Source: Marsupella aquatica (Eukaryota > Plantae > Marchantiophyta). Taken from it: a stretch of 64,000 nucleotides of DNA. The stretch's first letter is position 1. Every line of letters starts with the position of its first letter. The DNA lies in contig OZ316894.1 in NCBI GenBank assembly GCA_973895155.1, positions 25,666,709-25,730,708 of the forward strand. The letters are read 5' to 3'. Shown here piece after piece: positions 1 through 12,721 of the stretch. The notes under the pieces were generated by a model. The model was not told where the DNA came from. It saw only the letters and a list, made by a program, of their open reading frames with translations, and did no database searches. The position numbers and the translations under genes are program-made.

Positions 1-624
1 CTACTATTGGAGATGTCCTAACATTGCTAGCTTCATGAAGACTTGAAAAACTAGGAATTTCCAAAGATAATTGTCTTGTCGTGTAGCTTTTCACTCTCAT
101 CATGTGTGCTATGTATCATTTGAGTAGAAAGAATACATAGCCTACAAACAAACGGGGCCAACTTGGAGACACCATACCAAAGGCAAGAGACCCAGTAAAA
201 GGAAACCCAGGAGACCAAAGAGATTAGATGCGGTGTATATTGGTTGGGAGAGCTCGGCAAATGTGTAAGTACATCCTGGCTTCAGTGTCAAAACCTTGTA
301 GGGGAAGCCAATTTGTTTTGGTCAGTTGGCCAAAGGATGAGCCTAGAACCAAGAGGTCCCAGATTCAATCATCCCTCCACACGCAGGGGGTGTGGAGGGC
401 ATGTGTGTGTGAGTGGGGTGTAGTGGTGGGAGTATTGATTATCCTCTCAGCCCCTTGTTGCCTGCTTTGGGGTTCTGGTCTAATCCTCTCTCCCTCCTGG
501 TCGGGTCCCCTCCTGTCTAGTCCATGTGGGATCCCTGGGTATTGTCCCCTTGTGGTTACCCTACATAAAAATGGATGCTCCTTACCAGGACGTCTATACT
601 CTCTTTGATGGCCTGCTTTTCTGT

Positions 625-782
625 TTTCAAGGCAAAAAAATCCTGGTGGGGGATGAGGACTACTCTACAGTTTTCAAGGCAAAAAAATCCTTCTGCGGGA
701 CGAGGACTAGTCTAGAGATGGGCCGGCTTTCTTTTTTCAAGGCCAAAAAAAACCTTGTGGGGGGATGAGGACTACCCTAGAG
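625..782. repeat. Three degenerate direct repeats (core TTCAAGGCAAAAAAA...GGGGATGAGGACTAC.CTA.AG)
   Basis: Core motif recurs at ~626, ~674 and ~736 with substitutions. Confidence 0.7.
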
Positions 783-2431
783 TAGCAGAATGAATTTGAA
801 AAGCGGTATGGGTGAAGAGGTTGGTCGCCACTCCTGCGGTGTGGTGTGATGACTGACGCCAGCCTGACTGTCTTGGTGATGATGAGAGCAGCGCTCTCGC
901 TTCCCCTCTCCTGCTCGTGCGCTTCGCTGCGACGTTAATGACATGAGGAGGAATGATCGAGCTCTCGCGAACTTTTCCTTTTTGGCGTGCTCGACAGCCT
1001 TGTCGAGTTGTCGTCTGCGCCGTTTCTTGAGACGACGGTGATGAAGCGCCGAAGGATGGACTACAGTAACTGCTGTTCAGACGGAGGCATCCGTCAACCC
1101 CGGCTGCTCGTTCGTTGGTTCGTTCGTCGGTAGTGTGACCATGAAGAACGAAGAGGAGAGAATAGGGACACACGTGAATGAATGAACGCCAGCGGAGAGT
1201 AAAGATTTTTTCTGAAGAGCTAAGGAAGTGCGAGGACGGATTTTTGGAAGTATTGCAGAGGTTTGTGCGGTGCCTCCTCTACTTCTGCAGTACACTTATC
1301 TTTCGTCATGGTTGCGGAGTAGAGAGAATTTATTTCGCCATTTGTGAGCGGAGTCGTCGGGAAGAACGCTCGTCTCGCTGGAGCGCAGAGGGAGTAAAGG
1401 AAGCGATGCTGGCGAGTAATGTAGCCCGAGTGAATGGGGACAATTGGGAAAATTGTGCGTGACAGCAAAGGGGGATACTGTAGGGAGACTGGACCAGGGG
1501 AAGACGAGGGCGGAACAGATTTTGAATAAAAAATTGTCGTGGCGTTTTTGCATGCGGCACCACTGGCGGAAAGATGGCGATCATAATGGGCGCTTTTGGA
1601 GGATCTGTCACACGATATCGTGGGATTCCTCTTTGGCCGCTGCGGAAGGAGGGTTCCGGAAGGACGAGGAACTGAGGGAGGGAGGACCGATAGGGCCCTG
1701 GCAGGGAGCCCAAGGTGGCAAGGGAAGGAGTGGGTAGGAAGCAGAGGTCTTGTGGGGAAAACAGACAGGACCCACTGAACCGAGAATCGGCTTTGATGTA
1801 GGATTAAACGTCGCAATCTGGGGGGTCGCGAGATTGGGCTCCCATCTCTAGTGTGTGCCACTTTGGACTCACGGTACTTCTGTTTGATGTAATCTCGCGG
1901 CTGGACGTGCTCGAGGCGGCTGCTCGTCCGTCCTTGTTGCCGCTTTGGTTCGGTCGGGATATTATAGGCAAGTAATTTCGTTCAGTCGGCATAATATTAG
2001 AGCGTTCTTCTGTTCATTGTGATTTGACGCCTCACAACTTCTCTTTCAATTGGTGATCTCTCTCTACAACAGAGCTCGGAAAGGACAAGACAGGGCGGGG
2101 CCGGGCAGGACGATTCACTACAATCCTGGCACAGATGTTACCTTCCGGACTTTGGATTCCCCTCTTCTTAGGTTAGGAAGAATTGTTTCCGCATGCTTGA
2201 GGTTTAGGCGAACCGAACAATCATATCAGCAGGTGATCTGCTTTCACTGTGCTGAAGAGGGGAGCAATCCGCGGTCTGTTTCGTGAGTGAGGAATATGAT
2301 TACCCGAACGAGGAGAAGGACAAATTGAGCTCTGGAATTGGAAGAATGTCGACTACCAAAGGTGGAGGTGACAGTCCAGCTCCTTGTAGAGCTTAGATGG
2401 ACGACGGACAAAGTCATTGGAGTTTCTGCTG

Positions 2432-5400
2432 ATGCAGAACGGCAAGGATTTAAATCATGTCTACGCCCGGCCTCCAGCTGGACGTGGCCGATCTCTTCCG
2501 GAGTCTCCTACCGAGTCTCCAGGTAGTCGATACAGCCGAACCAGAAGTGGTCGGCTTCCAGGTCCAGGCCCAGGCGGAGGCTTTCAATCTAGACCATTAT
2601 TGGCTCGTTTGATTGGGCTCTTCCTCACATGCCTTTTCAGGAGACATGCGGTCCTCTTGTTTTTTCCAGTCATTTACGTCTCGGGAATGCTGTGTACGGG
2701 AAAAATGCTCAATGAGGCGGCAGTCTCCACACCGCTTCCTGGATCTGAGTACAAGAGCCTCGAACTCTTCGAAAAACTATGGCCTGCAATGGAGAATGGT
2801 TCCACCGCAGTATCTTCTTTTGGGGTGAGCAACACTAAGTCAATTCTGTTTCGAATTCGTGATATCTGGTGGTCTCTGCATTGTTGCCATGATCTGAATG
2901 GCCTTATTTGATTCAGAGGTGTGCAAGTTTCTGGAAGTGTTATTGAAGATTGCTTTGGGAGGCAGAATTACGCTTAGTGTGTTCCAATTTTGAAGTTTTT
3001 AATGCCTGTTCGTCTCCTCTCCTCTCCTCGCCTTACGAATCTCAAGATACTGTCGAGTCGGCCGATTTTACGGCTTTCGTGGCTGTCGTGACTTACCGCC
3101 TCAGTTAATATGTAGATAGGACCCAATCTACACATCAGATGTGGATCGAGGGTGAGGTAGTCGTACCCTAAATTTTCTCGAAATTCTCTGAAGGATTTCG
3201 GACTTGGCCAATGTGGCCTTCCGTTTGAACTTCATTGTCCTTGAAATAATTGAGGATCCCGACTCTCACGCAAGAATCTCTACTCATTCGTTGCGTGTGT
3301 TCCTGAAATGCGGGATGATTCCCTTTCAACGAAGCTACCCACCTACGCCAAATTGTTACTTACCAGAGACTGGCTCGGTGTCCTCGTGGATGTCATGTGA
3401 GAGCTACCTCAAAGACCCGCTTGCTGACTGTGAAAGAAATTTAGCCGATGTCTACTTCATGACATTTTATGTATACAATTGTCTTGACGGTCTATTTGCA
3501 ACTTGTGGATTACATCCTTCTATTCCTGAAGCGAACTCGGATTGTTCTCCGTGTCTATACTTTACCTTTTGCTTAGTCGTCGAGGTTGAGAGGCACGATC
3601 TCTTCAAAGTACTACTAAAGCGTCCTAGTACTGAACCTTCGACTGGGAGGGTTCCACCCGCAGGTTCCTCCACCGCGATGGCCGTCGAATCTGACATTGC
3701 ATACGTGACGTGTCTTTCGAGGAGATGTAGAGATATAATTCGGGCAGCTTGAAATACTTAGTTTTGTGATTGCATGCATGTCAAGGACTTGTAGTAGCTG
3801 TCTGCCAAAGTTATTTGCTACTTCTTGGGGTAATGGTCGTGCAATTTGCCTCTTTTCGCGAGTGTATGTCGTTTCTACTTCCAGGGTTCTCCGGTGCGAT
3901 CATTTCTAATAGTTGGACGCTGTGAATCAGGTTGAACGAGCTTGGCAGTTCACAAGCAGCACAAATTGGCAACCGTGCTTTAGTCGCGATAACGGTCCTG
4001 AAGGTGGGAGTTATCTACCGTTGCCATTGTTCGCTTTGGAGGTTGTGTACGAGAACTAGGTTATAATGAACTGGGTGTTGAGGTCAAGGTCAACAAGACT
4101 GCATATGTTGAGTACCCGATCTGCCTGTTTCTCGTGTGAGATGGAATGTCGGGATCTATCAGTCTGCAAGCTTGGCGTACCGTCTTTCCTGAGGTCTCGT
4201 TTCTTGAATTTGGTCTTAGTTCAATAGGAGGCTTTTGTACGTACATTTCGTGGTCTTCTGGCCTGAATCCCGGGACTTAGAGATTCCGAAGAGTGGAATC
4301 ATGGGAGTGTTAGATTACGCAACAACTCGCTCGCTACGATCATGAATCGCATCGCAATGCACCGATGACTTGTCCGTTCGTTATGAAGGAAACAAAGAAC
4401 AGGTCAAAATGCTATTGCTGAAAACGTAGTGGAAATACAGTGGATCATGCAAGGATGATGATGCCGAATCTCACCAGTGCCTTAAGTTCCCTTCTCAGTT
4501 TACCTATTAGACAAATTTGTTCAGTCGTTCATGATGATCACATTTTCGGAAGTAGCGTTCATCGTAATGAAGTTGGAACGGCGAGGGTCCTGAGAAATTG
4601 TTTACTCCAGCCGTAAACTGTGTCAATCTGCCACAAGAGATGAGCTGTCCCAGTGTAGTGCAGATTGGGATAGGAATGGCTGTTGACGTGCTCCATCGAA
4701 GATTCTTGTCGCTGAGGTCCAAGACTTGTAACCTCGAACTGGTACTGTTGTCCGTTCTCGAGAGCGTCCTCGTTAAATTGTGGAAGAAATGGAGAGGAGC
4801 TCCAAAGACGAACTCTGTGAGCGAGTTTAATTTGTCGACGGTGGAGAATCAATCCGTCTTTGAACCCCTGTTCTCTGCGGATCACAATGCACAAAACTTG
4901 TAGCAGTCTACTTACTAGAAATGCCCCCTGAAGAATCACCGGCCTTGGTAATTTGTGGCCATTCTTGAGTTGAATGTCGTGGAAAGCCACGTTGAGATTA
5001 GGAAAGATCCTGCTCAATTTAGGGAAATTACATGAATTAATACATGGTCGTCTTTGTCAATGCAGTGATGCCGGAATCCAATGGATACCTCATTGTAGAA
5101 GCTAATGGGGGGCTCAATCAACAGCGTTCATCGGTGTGTTCCCTTCTTTTTGAGTTGTAGGAGGGTTCCTTGGTGCACGTTAGCTGAATAATATCTCACA
5201 TTGCGTTGGAGAAATTTTTCCTCTTAAGCGTTTTTAGCCAGCAAGACGATGTGCTTGTAAGGGTGTTGTGGTTCTGTTATTTTGATGACAGACAGTGCCA
5301 GCAGTCCAGAGACGCTAGTCCTTGCTACGTACGTCTCTGGATCAATTTTCGTGAATTCTAACATCGCTCCTCTGTGTTCCCATATTCCTGCGTGGTGGCC

Positions 5401-8320
5401 TTCTCCGGCAGATCTGCAATGCTGTAGCAGTGGCCTACTTGCTGAATGCCACCTTGGTCATTCCCCGTTTTCATTTAAATAGTGTCTGGCATGACAACAG
5501 GTGAGCCTATGTGACGATTTATTTCGCCTTGCACACAGCGAATGCGATACTTCGTGGTGCACCAGTTTGACTTGTTGGGCATATCCCGAAATTTCTTATT
5601 ACTCAAACTGTACAAGTTGAGGCATTGAATTAGTTTGGACTTCGAAACTGTTTGCTTTGGGCAATGCAACTGATTTTCCTCGGATACGTTGTGTATGCAG
5701 CACGTTTGGAGAGATTTACGATGAAAATCATTTCATTGACAGTCTAGCCCACGATGTGAGGATTGTACATCAGCTTCCCGTCGAGATTCTGCAGTCTTAC
5801 GGCAATTTGAGCAACATATATAATTTTAGGATTAAGGCTTGGGCTTTACCGGACTTCTATCTTGACAAAGTACTCCCGAAGTTGCTAGAAACTGGGTGAG
5901 TCACAAAATCAAGCTTTTGTGGAATCGTTGTTCGTCTACCGTTCGATCCCAAATTTTGTTTCCCGACCTTCTCCTCAACATGAATTTTTAAGTTTACTAG
6001 ACTGAGTCTTACATCGGCTGCCTTGTTCTTGGAGGCGACGCATGCGAAAAGGTTCTGGTAGAAAAATATTCGAATGACATAGTGACGTCTTTGGCTTATG
6101 CAGCGTTGTAAGATTTACCCCTTTCGCCAATCGACTGTCCTACGATAAAGTTCCTCCGAACGCCCAACAATTAAGGTGTCGGGCAAATTTTGAGGCGCTC
6201 AGGTTTGCAGAACCTATCACATCACTTGCGGAAAAAGCGGTGAATCGAATGATTGCTCAAAGCTACAACAGCGACGGCAAGTACATAGGTGTACATCTTA
6301 GATATGAAATGGTACTTTCACTCTTCCGAAATGATTGTGTTAGGTAGATTAAAGCATTGCAAGTACATCGTCGACTCCTGGTGAGGTTTTCTTGAGATGG
6401 TCGGTGGTTTTAGGATAGAGTATGATGGGCATCTCACAGGTTGCTGGATTCCAAAATAAGTTTGACTGAAGTAGATTTTCGAGGAACTGCTCTTGTTTGT
6501 ACGGATGGGTGTTCTCCCCGACATGTCTGTAAGCGAACGTTGTCTTCGGGTAATCGCCAAAAAGAGCAATCATCCTTATATGGTACAATGATGCCTGTTG
6601 CAGGATATGGTAGCGTTCTCGTGCTGTGTTTATGACGGAGGCGCGAAGGAAAAGATTGAAATGGATGCCGCACGTGAAAGAGGTTGGAGGGGAAAGTTCA
6701 CGAGACCAGGGCGGCAGATCAATCCCGGCAAAAACAGAAGGGATGGGAAGTGTCCCCTCACCCCTCTTGAGGTTAGTTTCGCCTATCGGATCCTTGAAAC
6801 TTTTTGTGGCTTCCGTTCCGCTGCAGAGCACATGTACAACATTTCTGTTTTACCTGGGTCTTCGGTACGATCTGAATCGCAGCAGCGAAGCTGCTCACCG
6901 AATTGGAACCAACTTCTACGTAACTTGCCCGAACGGAGCTCTGTAAAATCTACCGTTATACTAGCTTCTAGCGTATAACGTTCATTTAGTTCCACGAGAA
7001 ACGGGGATGCGGTTCTGCCCCCTGAGGTGCACACTTGGGATGGACGGTTTGAGTAACTTGATTTCATCCTATTGGAGATGAAAACCCTGCCCGTGAAAAG
7101 TACAATTCATTCTTTTGCCAATGTCAATAGGTTATGTGAGGATGTGTCTGATATACAGTCTTCTGAAGAAAGTTTGATTCAAACTGATAGACGTCTTTGG
7201 TTCTGAATTTGTCTGTATTCTTGGGCCGTCTGGACTCGTCGCCAATGTTGAATTTCTGCACTTCGATCATGCAGGTCGGTATGATATTGAGAGGAATGGG
7301 GTTTTCGAAAACAACGCCAATTTATTTAGCTGCTGGAAAAATTTACGAAGCAGAGAAGAACATGGCACCTCTTCAACAAATGTTTCCCTTTCTACACACA
7401 AAAGAAACGCTTCTTTCCGCAGAAGAGTTGGAACCCTTGAACGTGAGTAGTCCCACGGGTTCTCTTTTTCTCCTTCCAATTACGCGTTACCATTCGATCT
7501 GAGTTCAGCATGTTGATATGGGATAGGACTAGAAAGCTTTGGGTGATCTGACACTCTACTCTGCCAGAGGGAAGTAGATGATTGGGATGCTGGCGGGCAC
7601 TGAGTAGAACAGGGTAATGTAGATTTGGAGGTATTAGAAGTAGTACCTCTTGTGTTGTAAATCGTCAACCCGCGTTGTACTAAGTGGGCTCAATTTCCCT
7701 CTTGCAGAGATATTCGTCAAGAATGGCTGCTTTAGATTATTCGGTATGTCTGCACAGTGAGGTTTTTGTGAGTACTCAAGGTGGGAATTTTCCACAACTT
7801 TTGACCGGTCACCGGCGGTTCTTGAACAAAGGGCATTCTAAAACAATTCGTCCCGACAAGCGGAAGCTAGCCCTGATACTTGACAATCCAAATATCAGGT
7901 CAGTACAAGCCCGAAGGCACATCTGGTTTGTGCTACGAACGTTAGCAAAATGGGGTGTGCTAATGAGTCAAGAGTGAAGATTCTGGTGTCCAGATTCCTA
8001 TTGGTCCTTTTGCTTATGTGTTGTATTTCTTTTGCAAGTAGCAGACAATTATTCGGCATGAAAAAGGAAATGTGGTTGCATGAATGATTCTCCATATGGG
8101 TTATTCTTTCTCGTCGTTTCAAGTACGTTTCTGTATTCTGCGCTATTGCAGTTGGGAGGAGTTCTCTGATCATCTGCAAACTATGCGACTACATAACGAT
8201 CAGAAGGGGCACGAGCTGCGGAAGGGAAATTCCTCCGTATATACATTCCCTGCCCCAGATTGCATGTGCCCGGTGGATCTCATCGCGGATGAAAAGCACG
8301 TTGCAAACGCGATGATATAG
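2432..8320 (+). CDS. O-fucosyltransferase family protein (plant GT106/DUF246, O-FucT domain), ~573 aa, 10 exons
   Basis: GT-AG exons 2432-2824, 3931-4003, 5066-5133, 5412-5500, 5701-5895, 6104-6311, 6604-6771, 7275-7442, 7708-7898, 8152-8320 sum to 1722 nt in frame. Family motifs: N-terminal [102 protein letters not shown]. Confidence 0.93.
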
Positions 8321-9647
8321 CTTTACTATAACGGACCTCCATTTATACCAGGTGGTTAATTTAGTGTAAGTAAACGGAGCTAGGCAAAACGAGCTTAAAC
8401 CTCCCGGAGTGTCCAGATGCAATCTCTATCAGCTGTCCTGTAGTCGACTCCACCTTGTAAGTACACAATGCCAATCCATCAGTACTTTGGCGTGTAAGTC
8501 ATTTCCAACCCTCGATCCAAGGTCTTCTCTCAATAATTGCCATCAAAGACGAGTGAGAGGTGTTGTCAGGGTTAGCGATGGCCAGAACTTCAATTCCAGC
8601 CCGGCCTCGTGATAATGTTGCTTGATACGGTGACCCAAGAGTAAGAGCAGTCGTCTTCCCGGTGAGACGGAGTTCTATCCAAGCTTTCTTTCCAACCAAA
8701 GAGTGGGATATCAATGTGATTAGCGGATTTTCTTGGGAAGGGAAGGGCAGCGCGATGGTCGTTTGCTGATTTCTTTCGAAGAATTCGTTCAGGGTTGAGG
8801 GCGAAGAGCGACTGTTATCGAACAAGAGTTTCTCATGGGTGAACAAATTGGTAGGAAGAAATTGTCAGACGCGTTTCCCGGTGGTCTGGCTTCCATTTTT
8901 CGGATTGTAGGCAGCAGGAGTCCTTCTACGGTTTAACTGGCGGATAGACGAGAGGAGGCTCTTTTTGTTCCGCTTTCTAGTGGCAAAGATTTTCTGTGGA
9001 CGGCACCTTTACCACACCAACTCAGTGGTTATCGTTCATGTGAAGGGTGCGTCAAAGCACAGCACTGTAGTTATCATTCATTGGCTGGTCAGGTGATCTA
9101 TCTTGGTCACCCTTACCCCAGGAAGGGGTCTCATACTCGATTCATGTCACATCTTGATATCAATCTCTGCGAAAATTGTTCACAGGGACTAATACTTGAT
9201 GATGGGCTTTCTTTTCGTACTGATACGGATAGCGGGTGAATTTCTTGCAGAAAACTTTTAGGCGGTCTGAATCGGACTGCTTTATGTCTATTCAGAAGAT
9301 TCTGAGGTTTTCCTTCAGCTCTGGCACAAAGATTGCCCGAATCCTTGGCATGACTGAATTCAGTGCATATTTGGTCTGGAATCTCAAATGAAAAGGGTAA
9401 TGTTGATTTTAGCTACCCCAGGGAGATGGTAAGGCACATGTTCGAAAAGTAGCCGAATGAGAAAGAAGTGTTAGGAGAGGGAGCTGGGACAATCGGAAAG
9501 TAGCCTGTGAGAAAGAGGCACACTGCCAGGAGAGAATTGTAAGCTATTACCTTTGGCTGTTGGTGTAGGCTGATTGGACACTCGCCTGGTCCAGTCAGCC
9601 TGCAATGACGCGGAAAGCTGTTCAAAAAGGCTTTGATTTAAGAAGAA

Positions 9648-9917
9648 GCTCCAATTGATCATGACCACACTATTGAACTACTGTCCCAAAGCCTCCAAGG
9701 AACTGCAATGAACTCGTACCAAATGAGAAGAATCTATGAGAAAAGGGACGGTCCAACTGGAATCCACAACAGGTGCAACGCTCCAATTGATCATGACCAC
9801 ACTACGGAACTATTATCCCAAACCCTTCAAGGAACTGCAATTTGAATGCACTCGTACCAAGAGACTAGAATCTAAGTGAGAAAACTGAAGGTCCAACTAG
9901 AATCCATAATCGGTGCT
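9648..9917. repeat. Tandem duplication, ~133-bp unit x2
   Basis: GCTCCAATTGATCATGACCACACTA...CAAGGAACTGCAAT...CTCGTACCAA...GGTCCAACT.GAATCCA occurs at ~9648 and ~9780. Confidence 0.8.
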
Positions 9918-10189
9918 GCTCTGCAAGGTCAAAGGCTTTACCTTAAAAACCGTCCCAACAATAGATATGCACCCTAGGAATGAGTGTTCCGTTGTGAAAT
10001 GATTTGCAGTTGCAAAGTTGGTTGTTAGTGAAGGAAATATTCCAAATCAAGAGAGCACAAAGGAATATATTTTTTTGGCTTTCAATTTATTGACAATGAA
10101 TAAGAGCAACCTAACTTTGTCCCAATGCGTCACCCTCCGGGACAACAATATGATAACATTTTTGCACCACCCAGCCAGACAAGACTTCC

Positions 10190-10650
10190 ACACCCACACC
10201 AAACATAAGGCCAGCAATGCCTTGCTATCAGATATGTTTGCATTTTGCCATGATTTCATGCTATCCAATGAGAACAATTTGGCACTAAGTTGGAAGGGGC
10301 AAAGTGTGTTGTTATCCATTGGCATGGAGTTGTATCATATCATTCATGCATTGTGAATGATTGCATGTTGTTTCATGGGATTAGTGCAAACCTCACAGAG
10401 TGTACAACATGTCATGAGCTTTGGTATGACCCTAGAGTGTACAACATGTCATGAGCTTTGGTATGACCCTAACATGCTGACAAAGAAGGTGCCAAGGAAA
10501 GCAGTGAGATGGTTTCCCATCATTCCTTGTTGTTCCACATGTACCCAATGTTCAAACTTGGCAGAGTTAATGGTATGGCATAAGACTCATTGATCAGATG
10601 ATGTCCCTTGCTCACAAACATGTGGAGGCAACATGGCCAGACTTGCACAT
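10190..10650 (+). mobile_element. Degenerate CACTA/En-Spm transposase fragment
   Basis: Frame-broken translation TKHKASNALLSDMF...LLSIGM..Y..IHA..NDCMLF..C.TC...KKVPRKAVRWFPIIP...AELMVWH...KHVEATWPD follows the motif order of CACTA TnpD (IHACxNDC, KVLRYFPLIPRL, MxWH, WKHxDxxWP). Contains a 37-bp internal tandem duplication at ~10397-10470. Confidence 0.7.
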
Positions 10651-10724
10651 GATCCGCCCACTACTGGTTGTTTTAGTGACTACACATGTTGTGATGACAA
10701 GCTCTAGAGCACCACTTGTCACAC

Positions 10725-10887
10725 CGTACGAAAGAGCTTTACAAGTTGCATTGCCCTTCTTCACTCAGGCCATATTGCTGGATCAGGCTTTTGCCCATTG
10801 TCCAAGATTCCCCACTGTAGCCTCTCGTGGGAGTCTGGGTTGTGTCTCAGTCCCAGTGTGGCGGATCACCCTAACAGACCCCCTACG
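10725..10887 (-). pseudogene. rrn18: NUMT: fragment of plant mitochondrial 18S rRNA gene
   Basis: Reverse complement reads CCACACTGGGACTGAGACAC..ACTCCCACG..CAGTGGGGAATCTTGGACAATGGGC.AAAGCCTGATCCAGCAATAT..TGAGTGAAGAAGGGCAATGC..CTTGTAAAGCTCTTTCG. This is SSU rRNA core with plant-mitochondrial signatures (CAGCAATAT, GAAGAAGGGCAATGC). Only ~160 bp and mutated. Confidence 0.85.
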
Positions 10888-11899
10888 TGCCTCTCGCTTT
10901 GATCGGGAGCTAAAGCCCAAAATATTACAATGTAAAAAAATATCTAGCTTGTCACTGCTTACTGTCTCCCCCTTGGTGACTACACTTGACAATGGGGTAT
11001 GCACAGACCAGACTACAATGACCTATAACTTAATGTGGGAACTTAAGCAGGGATATTGCTTTTAAATTTGAAATGGGTCCAATTTGGGGTCCAGGCTTTA
11101 GACACAACAGTATACAATTTATCCAATATGTGCTGCAATCCCTATCTACTATGCACAATATCCTAATGTAAAAATTACGTGAGCCCACTTAAATGTCTCC
11201 ATTGAAAGACTATTAATTTGGCCAACATTTTAATGTTAAATGAATTAGTACAAAATTTGATAACCTACAGAAGTCCCTTAGTTACATGTATGACTTATTT
11301 GTATTAGCCTACTCAGGATCTTTGAAGTACAACCCTGTCTCCAATGAACTCTAGGTCTCAGACAATCCAATGACTTCAATCTCTATTTAATATTTTTTGT
11401 ACTCCAAATCATGATTTCCTGTCATTACAATTTGTGATTTCAGAGGACATTAAGTGAGAGTCAACATCAACCTGCTCCTGAAATTGAGTGGTAATGTTGC
11501 TCACTGTGGTGGTATACATCTGGTTAGTGCCATCAGATCTCTATTTTGTCACCCACACTTAAGTATTTGCAGAATAGTAGTCCTGAGTAAGTACTTCATG
11601 TCATCAAGTCCAGTAAATGAATGAATGTACATCAACTAATACAATTGTTTATGGATTGGATGTGCACTACTTGGAATGAAATAATCACGACAAAACCAAG
11701 TTTGAGATTGATTGTTGTAGATCTACCATGGAGAGCATGAACTAGATTGACATTGTCTTCTATATTTGATCTAAGTATGATCTGAGTGTGCAGGCTTGCA
11801 CTAAGCACAAGGCTATGAATCGTTGTAGAGGTGAATCATCTGAAGCATTGACTCTTCAATTGTCCTTATACTCAAACACTGAGATTAACCAAAATAGTC

Positions 11900-12112
11900 C
11901 ACATGTATGTGCAATTTATGATGAGGGAGGGGATCTTGTTGTTTGTGATGGTCTTGCCACCTACACTTCCACAAGAATGTCTCATGTCCTTTGGGTCAGC
12001 AACATTGGTTGTGCCCAACAATATCCCTGCCAAATGGCCACGTTGGAGAATGGTTTTGTGTTGACTACACAAATGAGGAACATAGTTGTTTTAAGTGCCA
12101 TGTGTCCTGGAG
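11900..12112 (+). pseudogene. Degenerate PHD zinc-finger remnant (EDM2/NSD-like spacing)
   Basis: VCAIYDEGGDLVVCDG, frameshift near 11953, then CHLHFH...C...GEWFCVDYTNEEHSCFKC. Two expected Cys are Tyr (G>A-type changes). Confidence 0.6.
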
Positions 12113-12436
12113 GCTCCTAAACCATGATTTATTTACTAACAACCGGGGCAGCCACTGGTTGATCTGTGAAGGTACTTGCTCCTGATGCAAATCCGGAGCC
12201 AAAGACACAAGTCGTCTATTCTTTAGATGCCAAAGGTAAGACAATAATGGGGGGAGGTGCAAAGACTATTACGGGACTCCCCTGCCCTCATGACTCCTAA
12301 TAGATTCATTTGTTGTATGAGTCATTTGACTACACCATTCAGAAACCAAAAAGAAAACTTGGACACCTTGTACTTGTTACAAAGGTAACTTGCAGCAGCA
12401 TATGAAAAGAGCATAATGCTACGGTCTATTCTCAAT

Positions 12437-12721
12437 CTCGGGGGGTTGACTATCAAAAATCTTAGGAACCACATGCGATCCAAAATAGATAATTTTCATA
12501 GAAATTAACTAAATTTTTATAAAGCGTAGGAAGCAAAAGAAGGTATTATAAACCCATATTTGTAGAATATTCTCTAATGTATACCTTTTATAAAATAAAA
12601 TAGGTCATTAATATTGAGAATCAAAAATATTTTTGGAATATTCCTGTTATAAAATAGGTGTGTTTATATTATGCTAGGATCGCATGTGGTACCCCAAAAT
12701 ATATACTGTTAAGCCCCCGAG
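12437..12721. mobile_element. MITE-like non-autonomous element, 285 bp, ~45-bp imperfect TIRs
   Basis: Left CTCGGGGGGTTGAC...GGAACCACATGCGATCC vs right GGATCGCATGTGGTACC...GTTAAGCCCCCGAG. AT-rich interior. Flanks TTCTCAAT/TTTTCAAT form an 8-bp TSD candidate with 1 mismatch. Confidence 0.7.

Noticed and set aside
772-1992. Overlapping ORFs up to 213 aa on both strands
   Set aside because: No recognisable domain; GC/purine-rich promoter or UTR-like sequence upstream of the O-FucT gene.
3204-5017. ORFs of 182 aa (+) and 152 aa (-)
   Set aside because: They lie within introns 1 and 2 of the O-FucT gene and show no motifs.
10725-10887. Functional rRNA gene or bacterial contamination
   Set aside because: Only ~160 bp, mutated, with plant-mitochondrial signatures and embedded in nuclear repeat DNA.
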